From NCBI GenBank assembly GCA_951406725.2, contig OX597832.1:28148001-28212000 (forward strand): a DNA stretch of 64,000 bases. Direction: 5' to 3'. Below the pieces are notes generated by a model. The model ran no database searches and was not told where the DNA came from. It was given only the letters and a program-made list of their open reading frames with translations. Made by a program: the position numbers and the translations under genes. The first letter of the stretch is position 1. Every line of letters starts with the position of its first letter. Positions 40,335 to 53,394 of the stretch are shown in pieces. The stretch is from Octopus vulgaris (taxonomy: Eukaryota).

Positions 40335-40780
40335 ATCAAAATCAAATGGAAATTGTAGTTGTGGCCGATACCAGTGCTGGTGGCACACAATAAGCACCAT
40401 TCATATGTGGGTCGCTGCCAGAGCAGTCTGACAGGCTCCCCATGTTGGTGGCACATAAAAAGCACCATCTGAACATAGTCGGTGCCAGTCCCCCACACCC
40501 CGACTGGCTCTTGTGCCAGTGGCACATAAAAAGCACCATCCAAATGTGGCTGATGCCAGGGCTGCCTGACTGGCTCCTGTGCCGGTGCCACGTAAAAAGT
40601 ACCCACTACACTCTTGGAGTGGTTGGCGTTAGGAAGAGCATCCAGCTGTAGAAACATTGCCAGATCAGATTGGAGCCTGGTGCAGCCTCCTGCCTGACCA
40701 GACCCCGGTCAAACCGTCCAACCCATGCCAGCATGGAAAACGGACATTAAGCGATGACGACGACGATGATGATGATGATG
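40335..40780 (+). mobile_element. V-like SINE with internal tandem units
   Basis: ggttggcgttaggaagagcatccagctg...catggaaaacggacattaagcgatgacg. Confidence 0.8.
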
Positions 40781-41262
40781 TTAGTAAGTGAATGTAAATT
40801 TGTGTATGTAGTAACAGGTAACATTTTTGGTCCATACCTTAGGTTTCGTACAGTGTACCAACAGAGAAGTGTAGACAAGCATGCCAGCTGAAAGAAATCT
40901 TCCTCACAATCTTACAAAAACACATACATTACACACACACACAGAGACACACATGTATGTATATGTGTATCAAATACGAACTAAATGTTAGAAAAGCGTT
41001 GAGTGTACATCAGAAGAGAAAGTTTGAGAACCTACATGCAAACTAATTCTTGTTTCAAACCAAACCAAACCAAAACCAAAACCAAAAGCCAAGAAAATAT
41101 TTAAGGAATTTTAGTCTGAGAAAGTATTAGCCAGCATATCACGTGAGAAAAAGCCGTTGTTTAATAAGGAATTATTAGAAACGGAATGGGCCATGGGAAA
41201 ACTTAGTGAGTGGATACATATATAGGAATGTATATATGCATGTATATGTTGCACCACATTAC

Positions 41263-41346
41263 CACATCGGCATCATCGGATGGTGCCATTTTAAGAGTCT
41301 TCAGGTCTTTCATCTCCCGCCATGATTGGCGCAATGTTTTTCTCTT
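41263..41346 (-). CDS. GRIN1: Candidate alternative GluN1 C-terminal exon (cassette, or alternative last exon reading to stop at 41203-41205)
   Basis: Acceptor tctgttctttgcag, then phase 0 KRKTLRQSWREMKDLKTLKMAPSDDADV; the first 7 residues mirror the exon at 24865. Possible donor GTG|gtaatg after 41263 (84 nt); otherwise reads on VMWCNIYMHIYIPIYVSTH*. Not in the ORF track. Confidence 0.7.
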
Positions 41347-42856
41347 CTGCAAAGAACAGATCCACAAACAAACATCTTAAAGAGAAACTAAAAAACAAAT
41401 ATATAATTTTTTTGAATATTTTTCGGATATTATTGAATTTCATTTTCTTAAATTTTCGCATTTGATAAAACGAAAATAATTAAAAAAAAAAAAAAAAGAA
41501 AGCTCTTTTGTATCTAGAAAGAAAAATGTGGAAATGTTTTGATGGAAATTGGAAATTAGGTTTAATTAAGATTAATTAGAAGACCTTAATAAAGTATGCT
41601 GACTGTCTGTATGTCTGAGTATGTTTGGCGTGTATGTGTTTCAGTTTTTTTTTTATGATTCCTTCATTAAAGAAGCAGCACCAAAATTTTGTCTTCACAT
41701 CTAACTAGACATGAGTAAGGACATAAGGAATGACATGAAGCATGATCCATGAGATAGAATTTTCCCCAACTATAAGTATTAAGTTGTAAAAAGCTACAAA
41801 CATGAAACTTACTTCTGAGTTGCCCTTGTTTTTCCTCGAAAAACACGGGATAAACAATCAATCTACATCTTAAAAATTAAAGGGTCGGAGTTTGGGCTAC
41901 TGATAAATGGTGGCTCAAGAATTGGTTCGCTAAATTTGAGGGGCATCTGATAAATTCCAGTACTTTATAGTCTTCAAATACAGTGATATAGTTTCCAATA
42001 TAACAGGTCTCCATTTCAAAGGGGGACTACTCTTTATATATTTCATACAAGTTATCATTTTGATTAGACAATGATAACCAAATGCAGCTGTTTGGGTGCT
42101 TATGATTTGGCATTGCGGCTGATTGGACATTAAGCCTGTTTTGGTGTCTGTGCTTTTTGGCTCTGGAGGCACACATACGTGGAAATATGTACGTACATAC
42201 ACACATACATACATAGAAAGAAAGAGAGAGAGAATAATTTATTAGTTGAACAGGATTCATTTAAATACTTTCCCTCTCCTCAGACGCATAAATAGAGATA
42301 TGATCACACACTTATAAAGAAAGGGAGAAAGAGAGAGAATGAGACATAGAGAAACATATAGAAACGTCCGAAGTATGAGATCACATATTCTGAAGCAAGA
42401 GAAGTGCAGTGTAAAAGTTGTAGCTATGGCCTGGTTGAGGAAGAAGGGACAAGACCGGAGATGCCATTAGTGATAAAGTGAAGAAAATATTTAAAAGAAA
42501 AAAATCTAAACATGGTACAAAGATATGAAAAAATAATAAATAATGGTGGTGTTGAAGGAGGAAGAAATCTCTGAGGGACGGAATCAAAGTGTTTGGAAAA
42601 TGTGGATTAAAAAAAAAAAAATTCCAGCAAAGAATCTCTTTTTATCTGAGAAGACAACTGGTGGGGAGCGGGGAGAGAATAAAATGATGAGATTGAAACA
42701 GAAAATTCAGATAAGAAATTCCAGTGACAACACCCGAAAGTCTGTCTCAAAGACTCTTTCTGTATATCTTTCCTTTAATTTCATTGTCTTTTTCGCTTTC
42801 TCACACTGTCTATCAATCTGTCCATCTATCTATGTCTGTCTGTCTGTCTGTCTGTG

Positions 42857-42887
<31 letters not shown>

Positions 42888-42932
42888 GTCTGTCTGTCTG
42901 TCTCTCTATCTATCTATCTATCTATCTATCTA

Positions 42933-42992
<60 letters not shown>

Positions 42993-43685
42993 CATCCATC
43001 TCTCTCTCTCTGTCTCACACACACACACTGTCTATCTAACAATCTATTACCAGCATGCACAGACGTGTGTGTGCGTGTCTATCTATCTGTCAGTCAGTCT
43101 CTTTCTCTTTCTTTCTCTCTCTCCCCACCAATTTTGACCAATCACTACAAACAACTGTTTCCTTATCTCCAATTGAAGACATCTATCTCATCTCATCTCA
43201 TCTCAAAAAATCATTATTGTTGACATTGACATTGTCCATCATCATCATCATCATCATGTGTCCTCATCATCATTGACCTCATTTCACACAACTAATTCCG
43301 ACTTTCCTCCCTCCCTCCCTCCCTCCCACACAGACACAACTGGCGCCAAGAGTCACACAATGATTTATTCTCTTTATTCCTGCCGCTCCTCCACCCACCT
43401 ACTATTTCCTTGACCAACACACCCACCACAACACTTGACCGATTTCTTGCTTCTAATCTTAATCTTTATTTCCACACAGAGAGACCTCAACATAACCACC
43501 CCCTGCATCACATCACATCTTTCACACTCTACGCCAAACACTCACACTTCTGGGAGTGACTGGACCAAGAACGAGAATCGGCTGGACATCATTTTAACTC
43601 TATAACACTGTATTGTTTAGAATTATGGGGAAACTAGGTCAAGCTCTCAAGAATCTTTCTCTTTCAACAATGACATTGTTTCATA

Positions 43686-43876
43686 CAGTTCTATATTTAA
43701 GAGATGAGGAATTGCGTGCATTATTTACATTATTTACATTTGATGGATATTTCTCTTAATCTTGTTTGTTGTTAACACAACGCTTCAGCTGATATACCCT
43801 CCAGCCTTCATCAGGTGTCTTGGGGAAATTTCCAACCTGGGTTCTCATTCCTAAGTTATTTTTTCGATGTTATTAT

Positions 43877-43908
<32 letters not shown>

Positions 43909-44224
43909 TTATTATTCAGGTCACTACCTGGAATCGAACTTGGAATCTTGGGGTTAGTAGCCCGCACTGTTAACCACTACGCCATATGCCCACAAATAAT
44001 AACAACAACAACAACAATAACATCATCATCATCATCATCATCATCGAAAAATACCTTAGGAATGAGAACCCAGGTTCGAAATTTCCCCAAGACACCTGAT
44101 GATGGCTGGATGGTATATCAGCCGAAACATTGTATTAACAACAAACAAGATGAGGAGAAATATTTGTCAAATGTAAATAATGTAAATAATGCACGTAATT
44201 CCTCATCTCTTAAATACAGAACTG
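43686..44224. mobile_element. tRNA-headed, hammerhead-like SINE (43686-43991, minus) plus head-less inverted copy (44042-44224, plus)
   Basis: About 183-bp inverted arms; tRNA-like head TGGCGTAGTGG...GTTCGATTCC at 43917-43991; third copy at 55399-55573. Confidence 0.75.
44091..44136 (+). ncRNA. Minimal type I hammerhead-ribozyme-like motif (degenerate copy)
   Basis: GACAC CTGATGA T GGCTG..CAGCC GAAA CATT GTATT; the three-copy consensus has full hammerhead topology. Confidence 0.55.
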
Positions 44225-44543
44225 AACAAAGACAGGTGTATGAATAACAAGCAAGTGTATTAGTTTGACACTTGGGAAAAATGGAAAAGTCTTTTATGTT
44301 TCGAGCGTATGCTCTTCAACAGAAAGGAATAAGAGGAAAGAGAGAGAGAATGAAAAAACAACACGTTGTGTTCAGTGGTTCAACATGGCAAATAGATGCA
44401 GGCATGGCTGTGAGGTAAGAAGCTTGCTTCCCAACGACACAATTTGGGGTACTCAGTCCTTGGGCAAGTGTCTTTTACTATAGCCCCGGGCCAACCAAAG
44501 TTTTGTGAGTGGATTTTGTAGACGGAAACTGAAAGAAACCCAT

Positions 44544-44597
<54 letters not shown>

Positions 44598-44689
44598 TGC
44601 AGGAGTGGCTGTGTGGTAAGTAGCTTGCTTACGAGACACATGATTCTGGGTTCAGTCCCACTGCGTGGCACCTTGGGCAAGTGTCTTCT

Positions 44690-44931
44690 TGTTAAAGAGG
44701 ACAACAAACATTAAGGCAAGGCAAACATCTCAAGTCATATACAGTATTATTATTGGAAGAAATTCAAAGTCTTACAGCTGTTTCTGGAATGTCCCCAAGT
44801 ATGAGACACTCTGTCAACATACTCAGAGATATCCTAGAAACAGCTGTAAGACTTTGAATTTCTTGCAATAATAATAATATATATGACTCGAGAGGTTTGC
44901 CTTGCCTTAATGTTTGTTGTTCTCTTTAACA
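44690..44931. repeat. ~114-bp-arm foldback inverted repeat
   Basis: 44690-44803 is the diverged reverse complement of 44818-44931. Confidence 0.85.
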
Positions 44932-45519
44932 GTTATATATCCGCTGCATCAGAAATCTGCACTGGCTCCATAACTACCGTCTTGGCTTTTAACAATGGAG
45001 CCCTAGTCATCCATAACACCACTTACCTAGCGCACCTAATCGTTTAAATCACCTGTAAACTAAACCCCCATACTTTGTGTACACACACATACACACACAC
45101 ACACACACATATATATATCACAGGTGAGGATATATAAACCTCGGAGGGATAAAAATAGCCAAGATTAGACTGCTTGAATAATATAAGCACATATATAATA
45201 TTATAAATAGATGGAGATAAGGTTAATAAAAGTTTATTAACATTGACAAAACCGGACCTACAATTGTTTCAATTCGTTACTTGCAGTACAAAAATTAACC
45301 AAATTTAATTTAATTTAACTAAATTAATTTGGTTAATTACTACAAATGAGAATATCTTCAGGGAAAGATGTAAAAATAAATTTATTATATTTAAAACAAA
45401 ATGATAACATAAAAACAGGAAGAATACAGTGTACCATTAAAGTTTAAAATATATACATTAATAAAGATAGAAACAGTTATAAAAAAAATAGTTATAGTCT
45501 TCATCATATATATATATAC

Positions 45520-45585
<66 letters not shown>

Positions 45586-45654
45586 GTATGTAAATATATA
45601 TAAATGTATGTATGTATACATATATATATATATATATATATTCTTTTCTTTATT

Positions 45655-45867
45655 TTATTCTTTTACTTGTTTCAGTCATTTGACTGCGGCCATGCTGGAG
45701 CACCACCTTTAGTTGAGTAAATCAACCCCAGGACTTATTCTTTGTAAGCCTAGTACTTATTCTATCGGTGTCTTTTGCTGAACCGCTAAGTTACAGGGTC
45801 ATAAAAACACCACCATCGGCTGTCAGGTGATGTTGGGTGGGGGACAAATGGAGACACACACACACAC

Positions 45868-45900
<33 letters not shown>

Positions 45901-46060
45901 TATGACAGGCTTCTTTCAGTTTTCGTCTACCAAATCCACTCACAAGTCTTTGGCTTGCCTGAGGCTATAGCAGAAGACATTTGCCCAAGGTGCCACGGAG
46001 TGGGACTGAACCCGGAACCACGTGGTTGGGAAGCAAACTTCTTACCACACAGCCATGCCT
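45655..46060 (-). mobile_element. SINE B copy
   Basis: Family B similarity. Confidence 0.9.
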
Positions 46061-46687
46061 ACACAAAAAACAAAAAAGAATAGCTGGGCATTATAAGCAG
46101 GTACACAGGTACACCTTACCAGCATCCCTATGCTCCCAGACAAATCACAGCATTGAGTTCTATAGTACTTATCTGACAACAAGCCCCAGAATGCATAGAT
46201 AAGAATTGGGCCCCTAGACCCATGGGGCCTGTTGCCCAGTCTGCAGATGCCTGAAGATGAAGCTGGTTCTAAGGTTTGAAAGGTCAATATTACCTGGATC
46301 TGATTCATAGAACAGAGGTGTTTGAACTTGTGGTCTTGTAATCAATAATCTAATATCGTTAACCTTAATCGCGATGTTAAGTGGAACGGATTTAACGGAG
46401 GATTCAAACGAGAAGAAATAATTGTGAAGAAAAAGTGTTGTAATAGTTTAAGACGAGTCTGGTTACTTTGTTGGTCTGACTGTTCGTCTGTCTGTCTGTT
46501 TGTCTGTTTGTCAGAGGAATCATATTAGCATTGGTAAGAATGGGTGGGAATAGCTCATTTTACCATTAATTAGAATGTGTGTGTGTATATATGTATGTAT
46601 ATATATATATACATACATATATATATATATATACACACACACATATATATATATATATTTATAATGCATATTACACACACACACATG

Positions 46688-46735
<48 letters not shown>

Positions 46736-47092
46736 TATGTAGAAAAAGAGAGAGAGAGTGAAAGAATGGGATAGAATGAGACATTCTTTGAAGATCTAAG
46801 AATCAAAAAAACCAACTTTGCTAATGAGATAACCCTTTTAAAAGTGTAAGATATTAAATCCATGGTGTGGGGTGGCCGTGGGTGGAATGAGGGGCGATGG
46901 GGGTAGACACAGAAGACGCTGAAAATAATGGTGGGGACTTACACACACACACACACACACACGCACACACATGCATACGCACACATGTAAGAGACGGTGC
47001 TGTCTGAGGCTAAATTCTTCCTCCTACCGTTTTCCAACAACAATGGCAGCAGCAGTAATTTGTCCTCAGATTCCAGAAGTTTCAAAAGTTAC

Positions 47093-47600
<508 letters not shown>

Positions 47601-47615
47601 TTTTCTTTATTAAAG

Positions 47616-48052
47616 TGGTGAGCAGCCAGCAATGTTAGCAAGCCAGGCAAAACGCTTAGCAGCATTTCATTTAAATTTCACGTTCAGTGTTCAAATTCCG
47701 CCGAGGTTGACTTTGTCTTTCATCCTTCTCGGGGTCGATAAATCAAGTACCAGTGAAACACTGGAGTCAATGTAATTGACTACTCCCCTCCCACAAAATA
47801 TCAGGCCTTGTACATATAGTAGAAAAGATTATTATTATTATTATTAGCTCCACCTTAGTAAAGGTGGAGGTATGGAGCAAAGGCACAGGAGTGGCTGTGT
47901 GGTAAGTAGCTTGTTTACCAACCACATGGTTCTGGGTTCAGTCCCACTGCGTGGCATCTTGGGCAGGCGTCTTCTACTATAGCCCTGGGCCGACCAATGC
48001 CTTGTGAGTGGATTTGGTAGACGGAAACTGAAAGAAGCCCATCGTATATATG

Positions 48053-48083
<31 letters not shown>

Positions 48084-48305
48084 GTGTGTATGTTTGTGTT
48101 TGTCCCCCTAGCATTGCTTGACAACCGATGCTGGTGTGTTTATGTCCCCGTCACTTAGCGGTTCGGCAAAAGAGACCGATAGAATAAGTACTGGGCTTAC
48201 AAAGAATAAGTCGTGGGGGTCGAGTTGCTCGATTAAAGGCGGTGCTCCAGCATGGCCGCAGTCAAATGACTGAAACAAGTAAAAGAGTAAAAGAGTAAAG
48301 AGTAA
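47616..48305 (+). mobile_element. SINE A (47616-47830) followed by SINE B (47881-48305)
   Basis: Family similarity. Confidence 0.88.
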
Positions 48306-48614
48306 GAGTATAGTATTTAGTTGTTTGTTTGTCCATGGCCAAGATATCTCAAGAACTGCTGGATGGATTTGGATGAAACTTTCAGGGATGTTTGGCCTTG
48401 TAACTGGCATGGACTGATTAGATTTTCGGATCGACCTGGTACTGCATGGATTAAATAGGAGGGTTGCCCACTGCAGTTAGTGGCATTTGAGCAACTGGTC
48501 CCACTGAAGAGAAGGTAACCAGAACCAGAATTGATCCCAACACTTGGCACAATGGTTCTTGCTGAGCCTGCAAGGATGCCTAACAGTGACAGTGTGATCA
48601 TATCAAGTCCCCGG

Positions 48615-48841
48615 TGAGCTGGCAGAATCGTTAGCACGCCGGGCGAAATGCGTAGCCGTATTTCGTCTGCCGTTACGTTCTGGGTTCAAATTCTGCCGAG
48701 GTCGACTTTGCCTTTCATCCTTTCAAGGTCGATAAATTAAGTGCCAGTTACGCACTGGGGTCGATGTAATCGACTTAATCCCTTTGTCTGTCCTTGTTTG
48801 TTCCCTCTGTGTTTAGCCCCTTGTGGGTAGTAAAGAAATAT
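48615..48841 (+). mobile_element. Young SINE A with a perfect 15-bp TSD
   Basis: atatcaagtccccgg at 48600-48614 and 48842-48856. Confidence 0.92.
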
Positions 48842-49254
48842 ATATCAAGTCCCCGGGCTAGGCATGACACCAATGCCAGAGTCACAGAAGAAGTGGAGTA
48901 GCCTATTATTGGCAATTCTTGCCAAACACGAAAATTGTGTCAAGTTCTTAATTGAAGCAAAGTGCAAGGATTATGGCAGGATGTAAAAAACCAATATGTT
49001 TCAAGAAGGAATAATGTGATAATTGCTTTGGGTTACTGATTTGGTATCCTGATATGTGTTCAGAACTCTCAAAGGAAGTCTTGTGCAACCACATGGAAAC
49101 CATGAGAGGAGAGATGAATAAACTGGCAGCCATAAAAACGGTCATTATTGCTACGCACGGTAGAATGGTACTAGGAATGGTTCAGCATGGTACTTGGAAA
49201 GTGAGCTGCGTAACTTGTAGTTACAAACATTTAGCATAGAATGAAACACTACAA

Positions 49255-49257
49255 TTA

Positions 49258-49299
<42 letters not shown>

Positions 49300-49356
49300 T
49301 TTTTGTTATTATTATTTTTATTATTATTATTTTTATTATTATTTTTGTTATTATTA

Positions 49357-49407
<51 letters not shown>

Positions 49408-49418
49408 TTTTTGTTATT

Positions 49419-49449
<31 letters not shown>

Positions 49450-49451
49450 TT

Positions 49452-49517
<66 letters not shown>

Positions 49518-49614
49518 TTTGTTATTATTATTTTTATTATTATTATTTTTATTATTATTTTTGTTATTATTATTTTTATTATTATTATTTTTATTATTAT
49601 TTTTGTTATTATTA

Positions 49615-49659
<45 letters not shown>

Positions 49660-49661
49660 TT

Positions 49662-49704
<43 letters not shown>

Positions 49705-49719
49705 TTTTTGTTATTATTA

Positions 49720-49767
<48 letters not shown>

Positions 49768-49778
49768 TTTTTGTTATT

Positions 49779-49809
<31 letters not shown>

Positions 49810-49853
49810 TTTTTGTTATTATTATTTTTATTATTATTATTATTATTATTATT
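49255..49853. repeat. (TTA)n array with periodic TTT/TTG interruptions
   Basis: Direct inspection. Confidence 0.95.
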
Positions 49854-49991
49854 AAGGAAGTGAGCTGACAGAATCATCAGCAAGCTGGATGAAATGCTTA
49901 GCGGTATTTCGCACGTTGCTATGTCCTGGGTTCAAACTCCACTGAGGTCGACTTTGCCTTTCATAATAATAATAATAATAATAATAATAAA

Positions 49992-50168
49992 CATTGTGTA
50001 CAGTGCTCAGGTGCACTACAACTCATCTAAAGTGCATATATAATCAGGTGTAGTTTCGACGGATTTCGGAAAGCATGAGGACCTTAAAGGATGCAGTGTC
50101 ATGGCAGTCAACAACTGACGCAGGCAGTTTATTCCATGCTTCAGCAACTCTGAGCGTGAAGAAATGTT
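49992..50168 (-). mobile_element. CR1-like LINE 3' end nested in a SINE A copy
   Basis: Highly similar to the 3' part of 54424-54700; SINE A halves on both sides (49854-49965, 50170-50275). Confidence 0.8.
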
Positions 50169-50285
50169 TCCTTTTCGAGTTGATAAATTTAGTACCAGTA
50201 GAGTACTGGGGTCGATATAATCAACTTAAACCCTCCCCCAAAATTTCAGGCCTTGTGCCTACAATAGAAAGTATCATCATCATCA

Positions 50286-50317
<32 letters not shown>

Positions 50318-50319
50318 GC

Positions 50320-50352
<33 letters not shown>

Positions 50353-50469
50353 TATACACTCAACCGTTTAGACTGTTGGAAAAGAAAAGAATCCTAAAAT
50401 CGGGCTACAACAAATAGCCTAAGGTGCCAAGAACCCTCCTATTGGGTTACAGCAAGTAACCTTAGCTGC

Positions 50470-50740
50470 CAAGAACCCTCACAAATATCCTAGCTGTCCC
50501 TAATAACAGTTTTCTGGAGCTGTACTAAACTGGATTTTCTGCCTATTTCTTCAATCCATCTGTTGAGATCTTTAGGGATAGTCCCCCAATGCACCTATAA
50601 CTACTGGGATACATTTTACCCCCACTTTCTATAGTCTCTGTAATTCAATGGCCAGGTCCTGGTACTATGCTGTTTATTCTATATCGCTCATATTCGATCT
50701 CTTCATCATTTGGGACTGCAAAGTCAATTATCTGGCACTT
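50470..50740 (-). mobile_element. R4/Dong-like LINE C-terminal fragment
   Basis: rc translation remnants IIDFAVPND / YQDLAIELQRL / IPVVIGALGTIPKDL / LQKTV. Confidence 0.8.
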
Positions 50741-51519
50741 TCTGCTATTATTATTATCGAGGCAGCAATCTGGCAGAATTCTTAGAATACTGGAGGAAAT
50801 GCATGGAGGCATTCTGTCCGTCTTCGTGTTCTGAGTTCAAATTCTGCAGACTTTAGCTTTACCTTTTCCCTCCTTTCAAGGTCCATAGAAGAAGCACCGG
50901 AGTCGATGCCATCGACTAGATCCTCCTCGTAAAATTTGAGGACTTGTTTCTATAGCTGCCAGAATTGTCTGCGTGCTGGATAAAATGCTTAGCAGGCATT
51001 TCGCCTGTCACTGCGTTCTGAGTTCAAATTTCGCTGAGGTTGACTTCGCCTTTCATCCTTTCGGGGTTGATAAATTAAGTACCAGTGAAATACTGGGGTC
51101 GATGTAATTGACTATTCCCCACCTCCAAAATTTCAAGGCATTGTGCCTTCAACAGAAACGGTTATTATTATTATTATTAATCATCATCCATATGCTCTCA
51201 TTCTCTCTCTATACATCTGTGTCTATATATACATTTACGTGTGTATATATATTTGTGTATATATGTATATGTGTGGATATGCACATCCGTGTGTGTGTGT
51301 GCGTTTGCATTATTCTTGTTTCAAAGAGATTTGGTAACTTTCTCACAGTTGCCAATTTGAGCCCTGAAATTGAAGTAGGCTACAAGACAGGGGTGATGGT
51401 GGTGGTGGTGGTGGTGGTGATGTGATGGCAGTGGTAGTGGTGGTGGTGGTGGTGGTTATTGTCTGAGTTTGTAGTGTTTGCTTACTGTATAAAATTTCGT
51501 CTGAGCGAATAAGTAACGA

Positions 51520-51625
51520 TATATATATATATACACATATATATATATACATACATATACACATATATATACATATACATACATATACACATATATATAC
51601 ATATACATACATATACACATAAATA

Positions 51626-51683
<58 letters not shown>

Positions 51684-51768
51684 TACATACATACACACAC
51701 ACACATATATATATACACACATATACATACACACATATATATATATATATACACACATATACATACAT

Positions 51769-51817
<49 letters not shown>

Positions 51818-52073
51818 TACATACACACACACACATATATATACACATATACATACATATACACACACATATATATATATATACATATATATATACATAC
51901 ATATACATACATATACATATATATATATATACATATACATATACATACATATATATATATGCACACACATAATTATGTGTGCATGTGTATATGTATATAT
52001 ATATATATATATATATACATACACGTATGCATACATATACACACATACCCACACACTTATATATGCAACTATC

Positions 52074-52110
<37 letters not shown>
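51520..52110. repeat. (TA)n/(CA)n/(CATA)n compound microsatellite
   Basis: Direct inspection. Confidence 0.95.
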
Positions 52111-52112
<2 letters not shown>

Positions 52113-52500
52113 GGATATCATTAGACAACTGGAAAGCCATTCAGTAGTTTTAAAGACATTTCTGTCTTAATGACTTACGCACACACACAGATGATGTAAT
52201 ACAGAACCCACGCATACACATGTAATGTATGTCTACACTACAGCATACACACACACATGCACACATACATACACACACACACACACACGGGCAATATACA
52301 TGGACAAACACACTTATAACATGCGTAGAAAAATACACAGCAATGATCTACATACATTCATGCCAGCATTGACCTATACACTAACATACACCCACATGTA
52401 CACATGTAATATATTCATGCATATTGTATACATGAAGCCACACTCAAGTCCACATAAACAGAGATTAATGGAAGACCCAAATATAAACAGTCACAGATAG

Positions 52501-52552
<52 letters not shown>

Positions 52553-52553
<1 letters not shown>

Positions 52554-52977
52554 GGCGCAGGAGTGGCTGTGTGGTAAGTAGCTTGCTAACCAACCACATG
52601 GTTCTGGGTTCAGTCCCACTGCGTGGCACCTTGGGCAAGTGTCTTCTGCTATAGCCCCGGGCCGACCAATGCCTTGTGAGTGGATTTAGTAGATGGAAAC
52701 TAAAAGAAGCCTGTCGTATATATGTATATATGTATATATATATATATATATGTATGTGTGTGGGTGCTTGTGTATCTGTGTTTGTCCCCCTAGCATTGCT
52801 TGACAACCAGTGCTGGTGTGTTTACGTCCCCGTCACTTAGCGGTTCGGCAAAAGAGACCGATAGAATAAGTACTGGTCTTACAAAGAATAAGTCCCGGGG
52901 TTGATTTGCTCGACTAAAGGCGGTGCTCCAGCATGGCCACAGTCAAATGACTGAAACAAGTAAAAGAGTAAAAGAGT
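52553..52977 (+). mobile_element. SINE B full-length copy
   Basis: Family B similarity. Confidence 0.9.
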
Positions 52978-53327
52978 ATATAAGAATATATACACATACA
53001 CACACACACACACACTCATACACTCCTACATGTAATTACACACGTATATGCATGCATACCTACATACATACATACATACATATATAAGTACACATACATA
53101 TACATACAAGGATATATACACTCAGAAATCCACACATGCATAAATTTATAGTACACACTCACACACACACATAGACACACAGACACATACGCACACACAC
53201 AAATACAAACACAGACGCATACACACACACAGGGACACATGCACACACATGTATATACACACTTATATTCATACATACATACAAGGACACATACACTTAG
53301 AAATTCACACACGCAAAAATAGGAAGT

Positions 53328-53394
<67 letters not shown>

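Noticed and set aside
43917-43991. tRNA-like sequences (also about 33930, 36700, 38060, 60645)
   Set aside because: A/B boxes are present but I could not build a clean cloverleaf; each continues into a repeat body, so they are SINE heads rather than tRNA genes.
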